A DNA stretch of 64,000 nt from Terriglobia bacterium (GTDB taxonomy: Bacteria; Acidobacteriota; Terriglobia; 20CM-2-55-15). Location of the stretch: NCBI GenBank assembly GCA_963664115.2, contig CAXWPJ010000002.1, positions 832,001 to 896,000 of the forward strand. Reading direction: 5' to 3'. Position numbers and translations under genes: made by a program. The notes below the pieces were generated by a model. That model searched no databases and was not told the DNA's origin. It saw nothing but the letters and a program-made list of their open reading frames with translations. This document shows positions 57,790 to 64,000 of this stretch, in pieces. The stretch's first letter is position 1, and each line of letters opens with the position of its first letter.

Positions 57790-59559
57790 CTATCCCGCTG
57801 GCACCCCTTCCTGGAGTTCCTCAAACCAGTTCCCGATGACGTTGATCTGGTCTGCCTGTGCCTCGATGTCTGAGCTTGTGGCGTCCTGGATCATCACAAA
57901 TCGCTCACCGTCTGGGGCCGGGTTGTAGGAAGCAACGTTCCCTGTGCTGGGTCGGAAACGGTCTTCAAATAGACGCCTCGGAGTGCCCGCGCTGAAGTCG
58001 GGATCTGTCTCGATGTTCACCGCCATCAACTGGTTGTCATTCATGTAAAACAATTCCCGTCCGTTTTGTGCCCAGATGGGGCCACCACCACCTTCGGTCG
58101 AGATCTGCCATTTGTTCCCGGGGCCGGGAAACGGCCGCACAAAGATTTCGTTGGAGCCAGTCTCGTTTGAGACATACGCCAGCCAGCCCCCGTCAGGCGA
58201 AAAGTTCGGCGCTGCTTCATTGAATGGCGTTTGAAGGATGGGGCGGGGTTCCCGATTGCCATCCAGTGGCATGACCCAGAGGTCACGATCCCCCGATCCG
58301 CCGACGCCGGGAATTTGATAAAAGGCCAGAAGCTGGCCGTCTCGTGACCAGGATGAGGGGTTCTGCTGCGTGAAGTCTCCCCGTGTCAACTGCTCCTCAG
58401 CGCCGCTCCCGTCCGCCCTTGTCCAGAACATGTTCCCGGTGCCTTCCCGTATTGATCGATAGCTTGCGTATTGTCCGTCCGACGACCAGATCGGTAGATT
58501 CGCCCTCGCCCCAAGAGTCACGCGGTCAAGTTCCCGCCGGTCTATATCGAACAACCAGAGGTCATCACCAATGCGGACGAGCACGCTGTTCCCATTCGGC
58601 GACACGCGGGGAAATGAGTAATTACGCGCCGGTGTTCCGAGCGGTTCCACGTTCCCCTGTCGGTCCACCCAGACAAGCGTGTTTCCACCCCCTACCCGAC
58701 CTGGAACAAACGCCAGTGCTCCGGAGTCTGATACTGCGTATTGCGGCGGTCCTGGCCGCACACCGTCGACGATCACCACGGGAGCTCCCGCAACTTCCAT
58801 GGTGATCAGATCGAACGCCACCGCGAACAGCACATCATCGACGGCATAGACAATGTGTCCGGTGGAGACATACCGGGGGCCTGTGCCTGGGAACAAGAGC
58901 TTCCTGTCCCCGGATTCGAGCGATTGGATCGCAACCTGTCCTGCATCCGCGTCGCCCACATGAAAAAGCACCGATTCTCCATCGGGCAGAATCTGGGGGT
59001 TTATAAGGTCGCTCTCCCCCCCGATCAGCACCTCCGGAGTACCGCCATTCACGGAAACTCTCATGATGCCCTCGCCCTGCCCCCACACGATCGTGTCATC
59101 GCTTCCCCAAACCGGAGCACCGAAATAAGGCTCCTCTGCACCCGAGATCGTCACAGAGGTGCCACCGCTGACGGCAATCTTCTTGAGCTGGCGATCAATT
59201 CCAGACCAATAGCCGATCCAGTCACCATCCGGCGAGAAAAATGGGACCCTCGGAAGGTCGTCCGTTCCCGAAATCGGGTTTGACCCGACACCATCCGTCG
59301 TTTTGAGGTACAGCTGTTGATTGGCGACGTACACGATTCTGGAACCGTCAGGAGAGAGGGCCACAACGGGACGGTCTGTGAACGTGAACCCCTGTCCTTC
59401 GGGCAGCACATGTTCAAAGAGGACGGGAGCAAGAGGCGCGTCTTGATTCTGGGTGCAGCCTGCGACACCGGTGATGATGGCGAGAACGACAGCCGCAAGC
59501 CGCCACACGCCGGATTGGCGGGAAGAAATCTCGTAGTAGGCACGTTTGTGTTTAATCAT
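57790..59559 (-). CDS. PD40/TolB-like double beta-propeller, probable lipoprotein
   Basis: Lipobox-like VAGC; repeated (L/F)SPDG motifs; FSPDGGWLAYVSNETG, KWQISTEGG. Confidence 0.85.
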   Translation of the reverse strand: MIKHKRAYYEISSRQSGVWRLAAVVLAIITGVAGCTQNQDAPLAPVLFEHVLPEGQGFTFTDRPVVALSPDGSRIVYVANQQLYLKTTDGVGSNPISGTDDLPRVPFFSPDGDWIGYWSGIDRQLKKIAVSGGTSVTISGAEEPYFGAPVWGSDDTIVWGQGEGIMRVSVNGGTPEVLIGGESDLINPQILPDGESVLFHVGDADAGQVAIQSLESGDRKLLFPGTGPRYVSTGHIVYAVDDVLFAVAFDLITMEVAGAPVVIVDGVRPGPPQYAVSDSGALAFVPGRVGGGNTLVWVDRQGNVEPLGTPARNYSFPRVSPNGNSVLVRIGDDLWLFDIDRRELDRVTLGARANLPIWSSDGQYASYRSIREGTGNMFWTRADGSGAEEQLTRGDFTQQNPSSWSRDGQLLAFYQIPGVGGSGDRDLWVMPLDGNREPRPILQTPFNEAAPNFSPDGGWLAYVSNETGSNEIFVRPFPGPGNKWQISTEGGGGPIWAQNGRELFYMNDNQLMAVNIETDPDFSAGTPRRLFEDRFRPSTGNVASYNPAPDGERFVMIQDATSSDIEAQADQINVIGNWFEELQEGVPAG

Positions 59560-59721
59560 GATTCGTAGCTTCCGCAGGTGTGGTCTATGACCGCACAGCT
59601 TCTGCTATTTTTGCGCTCACGCCCGAGAGGACCCGTCGAGCGCCGGTAGGCTCCATGCTAATAAATAGCCGCACCGGCGCAGTTGGGGAAAATTTACAGT
59701 GAGTTGTAGGGGTCGCAGGAA

Positions 59722-60114
59722 CTAGTCCCACTGCCTCTCGACACCGTGGCCGCGTTCCGTGTCACCGTGCATGGGCGTCACGAAGCCCAGGAGACAGCCG
59801 GGGGAACCGTCCCTGAGTTTATGACATCGCACTCGGACCGCATCACCCGAACGGAGGTCCTCGCGGCCGACTCCGCCTTCCAAGATCCCGTTAGGACCAC
59901 CGGCTTCCAGAGCCCACACTGTGGTCTCCCCTTCATCGTTCTCCATCTCCATATAGATCCAGGAATGCGGGTTGATCAAGTGTATTTCCTGAATGGTGCC
60001 CTCATAAGTAGTCCACGCCGACTGGTCGTAGGCGTTGTGGGAATGGTGTGCCGCAGCAGGTACGGCCAAGATCATGGCGCCGATCGCTATCCGGCTTAAG
60101 CATTTGAGCTGCAT
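59722..60114 (-). CDS. DUF6152 family secreted protein
   Basis: Signal ending AAA then HHSHNAYD; LINPHSW; WALE; additional Cys pair. Confidence 0.82.
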   Translation of the reverse strand: MQLKCLSRIAIGAMILAVPAAAHHSHNAYDQSAWTTYEGTIQEIHLINPHSWIYMEMENDEGETTVWALEAGGPNGILEGGVGREDLRSGDAVRVRCHKLRDGSPGCLLGFVTPMHGDTERGHGVERQWD

Positions 60115-60202
60115 CCTCACCTCATATGTGTTCGAAATCATGGTTTAAACATCATCCTAAAGAATCAAGCATCATATCGCTGTCGAGTCTCCCGGCCGAC
60201 CC

Positions 60203-60847
60203 TTATCGGGCACGTGGGGGTGCGGGAAATCCGTTGGTGTATGGGGACTCGTATCGAACTCCATTGCCCTCCTCATCAATGAATCCCAGGGATTGCTGGA
60301 ACAGCATCGGCGGGGCTGAACCCGCGGGCACGGTGCCCTCCAGGATATAGAGACGGTCTTCGTGCATATTGATCGAAGCGTAGGTTCGGGACCCATCGGT
60401 GTTGGTGAGCTGCAACGCTTGTCCTTCAACGCGGTCCGCCTGATAGTACGACAAATGCGTAACCTCGCCATCCCTTTGAAAAAAAGGCCAGGTCACATAG
60501 ACGATCGCGGCCCGCAAATCAGTGCTCCAGCGGTTGACGCAAAGGTCCCCATCGCCTCCCTCAGCCCGGCATTTTGCGGCTCGCTCGGCATGCTTCGCTT
60601 CGAGGTCGGTGTAATCGATCACGGTGATCGAGTAGCGAGTCGAGCCATTCTCGTGGCTATAAACGCGGCCCGGCAAGGAGATGGAATACTCCGATTCGAA
60701 GGTGATATCGCGCACTTCCGGTTCACCCGGAAAATTGACGGTGAAGAAGTCCTGCTGATTGACATACCCCGTCCAGCTCTGCGCGAAGGAAGAGTAGGGC
60801 ATTAGCAGGCTGAACGCCACCGCGATGATTGGAATCAGGCGCGTCAT
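60203..60847 (-). CDS. Secreted hypothetical protein
   Basis: Signal ending SFA-Q; FTVNFPGEP, RLYILEG, FQQSLGF; SD AGGAGG before ATG 60847. Confidence 0.75.
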   Translation of the reverse strand: MTRLIPIIAVAFSLLMPYSSFAQSWTGYVNQQDFFTVNFPGEPEVRDITFESEYSISLPGRVYSHENGSTRYSITVIDYTDLEAKHAERAAKCRAEGGDGDLCVNRWSTDLRAAIVYVTWPFFQRDGEVTHLSYYQADRVEGQALQLTNTDGSRTYASINMHEDRLYILEGTVPAGSAPPMLFQQSLGFIDEEGNGVRYESPYTNGFPAPPRAR

Positions 60848-61132
60848 TGCTATCCTCCTGGTGATTCTCCCAAAATCGATATCCGTCATGATAACGGAGC
60901 TCTGGTTTGTTTGGCTTTCCAGCTAACACGCCCATGTTATACCGACAATTCCATTGCAGTCAGCTTTTTCTGGCACTCAAAATCTCGAGGTGCGGCATGA
61001 GACATCGATGTTGAAAAGTCCAGTGGGCTCAATTGTCTGACGGACGCGCTTGTGCGTGTATCCGGCATCACAGTCGAAGCACCTGGGAGTGTTTCGCTTG
61101 AACCCTGCGTTGATTCGTAACAGAATACGGCC

Positions 61133-61924
61133 ATGCTCACTTTGCGCCGACGGTTTGGGGTTCTTATTGCTATTGCCGTTCTTGCCGCTGTTTCCGTTGG
61201 CCCCCTTGCATATGGCCGCTTCAGTCAGGGCGGTCGCCGCTTCAGAGGTTTCAACTTCATCCAGCAGAACGAGCCACCCCAGACAGAGTTCATCTTCGCC
61301 CGCTGGCGTTATGGGAACGGGCCTTACCGTGGAGACGGTTGGTCCCATGACTATCCCGTCGCCGAGCAGCATATCCTTCAGGTCATGAAGGAAACCTCGC
61401 TGATCGATGTCGAAAACACTTCCTATCGAATCGTCGAGCTCGGTAGTCCCGAGATATTCCAGTATCCCTTCAGCTATGTCTCTGAACCCGGCGAGATGTT
61501 GCTGACCGACGCGGAGGTTCTGAACTTGCGGGCATACATCGACCGCGGCGGATTCGTCATGGTGGACGATTTCGGCGGACAGGGTCAGGGGCCTCGTGAG
61601 TTCGAGAATCTCAGGTCGAACCTCCGGCGGGTATTTCCGGACCGGGAGATTGTCAACCTCGATAATAGCCATACGATTTTCCACACGCTCTACGACATCA
61701 ACAGCCTCAACGCGGTTCATCCGATGACCGGGGTCAAATCGATATTCTTTGGCTTTCCCGATGGCCGGGGGGGACTGTCAATGATCATCTGCTACAACAA
61801 CGACGTGGGTGATTTCTGGGAGTTCATCGACAACGCCCGGTATCCGGTCGAGCCGTCGGCCGAAGCGCTCAAACTCGGCCTCGACTTCGTTCTCTATGCG
61901 ATGACTCGCAGTGGCGCTTTGTGA
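61133..61924 (+). CDS. DUF4159 family secreted protein (third paralog)
   Basis: TEFIFARW, WSHDYP, YPFSYVSEPG, NNDVGDFWE, YAMT. Confidence 0.85.
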   Translation: MLTLRRRFGVLIAIAVLAAVSVGPLAYGRFSQGGRRFRGFNFIQQNEPPQTEFIFARWRYGNGPYRGDGWSHDYPVAEQHILQVMKETSLIDVENTSYRIVELGSPEIFQYPFSYVSEPGEMLLTDAEVLNLRAYIDRGGFVMVDDFGGQGQGPREFENLRSNLRRVFPDREIVNLDNSHTIFHTLYDINSLNAVHPMTGVKSIFFGFPDGRGGLSMIICYNNDVGDFWEFIDNARYPVEPSAEALKLGLDFVLYAMTRSGAL

Positions 61925-62108
61925 TGGTTTCCAGTTCAGAAGCGGATTCGGCTGGCGATTCAGCGGGTCAATAGCTATCTCCCCAATGATCCTGACCTTC
62001 GTCGTTCATGGGCGTGTGTGAGCCTGTGAATCGAGCCGTGTTTCGGATTTGTCGAGTTCCAGATCGTTACTTGACCCGATTGCAACTTTCTCCAGATTGG
62101 ATGAATCC

Positions 62109-62576
62109 ATGGCACAAGTGATTTCAAAGCGTGTAACGGCCAATATTGAGGGTGACTTCGTCGTATTCCTGATTGGCATGAGGATCAACAAGCCATGGAA
62201 GCTGCACAAGTGGCTTCCAATGTTGAAGAGCATGCCGAGGATGATTCACGAACTTGAGCAACGCCCCGAGTCGGGTTTCCTCGGGCATATCGCGAGTTTC
62301 GGTGTCATCGTGCAGTATTGGCGATCCTTTGCGCATCTTGAGGCCTATGCTCGGGATCGGGACCAGCATCATTGGCCTGCCTGGGTTGATTTTAACAAGC
62401 GTGTCGGCGGTAGTCGCGGGGATATGGGCATTTGGCACGAGACGTACCAGGTGCGCGCTGGCGAGTACGAGTGCGTATACAGCGGCATGCCACCGTTCGG
62501 CCTGGCCAAAGCGAGTGCGACAGTGGACGCAGCAGGTCAGCTCGAATCGACACGGGGGAGGCTCGAAGCCACGTAA
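62109..62576 (+). CDS. DUF4188 family (monooxygenase/dehydratase-like) protein
   Basis: [43 protein letters not shown]. Confidence 0.88.
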   Translation: MAQVISKRVTANIEGDFVVFLIGMRINKPWKLHKWLPMLKSMPRMIHELEQRPESGFLGHIASFGVIVQYWRSFAHLEAYARDRDQHHWPAWVDFNKRVGGSRGDMGIWHETYQVRAGEYECVYSGMPPFGLAKASATVDAAGQLESTRGRLEAT

Positions 62577-62715
62577 CACCAAAGTCAGCCAAGCTGACAG
62601 GCGGCTGACCCTGAGCGATGGCAAAACTCAATCGGTTTAGAATATCCACGTCATATGATGAGTCGGTACTGAGCCCGAGCACAAAGCGGGTTGTCGCGAA
62701 AACAGGAGAGCATCA

Positions 62716-63588
62716 ATGGAATGGATAGAGACCCTGAACCAGATCCTGAATTTTCAGGTCGTCGTGATTGGTGGGAGCGCTATAACGGCGAAGCATATCC
62801 TCCTTTTTACGCTCACTCTCCTGATTACCCGCTACGCTTCGCGGAGTACGCGTCGCCTTCTCAGCGAGCACGTTTTGACGAGCGTCGAACCGGCACCGCG
62901 ATACGTGATTCTTCGAATTACCGGGTACGCGGTGTGGGTGATTGGAATAATCGTTGCGCTGGACCTGCTCAACATCGATCTGACGGCTCTGGCGGTCGTT
63001 GCCGGCGGACTCGGCATCGGCATCGGATTCGGTCTTCAGAACGTCGTTTCCAACTTCGTGTCTGGACTTGTGCTCTTGCTCGAACAGCCCATCCGCATCC
63101 ACGACCGCATTACCGTCGAGAACGTCGAGGGAAACGTCGCCGACATCCATTTTCGATCCACCACCATCGTAACGAACGACAACATTGCGATCATTGTTCC
63201 CAATTCCCAGTTCATCAATCAGACGGTCACCAACTGGTCGTACGGTGATCCCACCATCAGAGTTCATGTGCCGGTGGGCGTGGCTTATGGTTCCGACGTG
63301 GAACGGGTCACCCGCATTCTTGAAGAGGTTGCCGCCAGTACCGACCATGTCCTGAAGCATCCGGCACCGGAAGTCCGATTCAACGAGTTTGGGGATTCCT
63401 CGTTGAACTTCGAGCTGTTGGTTTGGAGCGACGACCCTCCGGGACACTTGAAGCTCAGAAGCGAGCTCAACTATGCGATTGACGCCGAGTTTCGTCGGAA
63501 CCAAGTCGAGATTCCCTTCCCCCAGCGCGTCGTTCACATCGAGGGCGGTGAGAAAAATGTGGCGTCAGACCCAGTTCCCGGCAGTTAA
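62716..63588 (+). CDS. mscS: Small-conductance mechanosensitive channel
   Basis: GIGIGFGLQNVVSNFVSG, IIVPNS, VGVAYGSD, FGDSSLNF, IPFPQR. Confidence 0.92.
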   Translation: MEWIETLNQILNFQVVVIGGSAITAKHILLFTLTLLITRYASRSTRRLLSEHVLTSVEPAPRYVILRITGYAVWVIGIIVALDLLNIDLTALAVVAGGLGIGIGFGLQNVVSNFVSGLVLLLEQPIRIHDRITVENVEGNVADIHFRSTTIVTNDNIAIIVPNSQFINQTVTNWSYGDPTIRVHVPVGVAYGSDVERVTRILEEVAASTDHVLKHPAPEVRFNEFGDSSLNFELLVWSDDPPGHLKLRSELNYAIDAEFRRNQVEIPFPQRVVHIEGGEKNVASDPVPGS

Positions 63589-63706
63589 CCCAGTCGGGTA
63601 GACGCTAATCCGAAGGTAGGGTTATGAGCCTGCCGATTCTGCCTACCGGGCACGTTTTGCCCGTCCTCTTGAAACGGAAGTGATTGAGCGTAAGTCTGTT
63701 TCGATT

Positions 63707-63722
63707 TGGCGAAGGATGTGCA
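63707..63722 (+). promoter_or_regulatory. Possible sigma54 promoter of the GGDEF gene
   Basis: TGGCGAAGGATGTGCA = GG-N10-GC, upstream of SD GGAGG and ATG 63759. Confidence 0.4.
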
Positions 63723-63758
63723 TTCCTAAGGTAGCCAGATCATGGAGGCTGCGTTCGA

Positions 63759-64000
63759 ATGAGTCTAGCGGGTACAAACAGGGAAACGGGGGATCAGGTC
63801 AGACTCGCTGAACTGGAACGCAAGAACCAACTCCTTGAGGCCGAGGTTGAGCAGCTCCGCGTATATAAGGATTATGCCTATACCGATGTACTGACCGAGA
63901 TCCCTAACCGGCGGTTTTATCACGAGCGTCTCCTCCAGGAGATGGCACGGGCTCGCCGGAGCCAGCAGCCGCTCGGTCTGTCGCTGGTTGATTTGGATTA
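63759..64000 (+). CDS. Diguanylate cyclase (coiled coil + GGDEF), truncated by window end
   Basis: Manual translation ...AYTDVLTEIPNRRFYHERLLQEMARARRSQQPLGLSLVDLD: D.LT...NRR motif and first GGDEF strand. Confidence 0.88.
   Translation, partial: MSLAGTNRETGDQVRLAELERKNQLLEAEVEQLRVYKDYAYTDVLTEIPNRRFYHERLLQEMARARRSQQPLGLSLVDLD

Noticed and set aside
63590-63700. c-di-GMP riboswitch upstream of the GGDEF gene
   Set aside because: Hairpins are present but the class I and class II consensus elements were not found

Overview
GC-rich bacterial chromosome segment; gene content (DUF6152/partner families, DUF4159, DUF5916, PD40 propellers, LptD) suggests Acidobacteriota, which is inference only. Left part: a Tat-exported Mo-oxidoreductase pair, mgtE, a MacAB-like ABC exporter, maf-selB, a 57-aa tatA missed by the ORF track, NFACT/RqcH, lptD, hemB and hemL. 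The rest is largely accessory secreted proteins plus a nitrate-assimilation locus (nasA-nirB-nirD-narK and a NifA-like GAF-AAA-HTH activator). Main observations: (1) an apparent two-tier cascade in which a sigma70 promoter, an ANTAR-type dual hexaloop and an overlapping terminator precede the NifA-like activator, while the nas operon has a sigma54 promoter; (2) the nitrate reductase lacks the Cys-Met that normally supplies the Mo ligand; (3) a repeated secreted module of N-terminal His-His DUF6152 plus a Cys-containing partner, fused in one copy, beside monoheme-c beta-propeller genes, one of which has an in-frame amber stop; (4) several gene and IS remnants hidden in intergenic DNA. No rRNA, tRNA or CRISPR array was found. 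All family calls are from motif recognition; no database searches were run.
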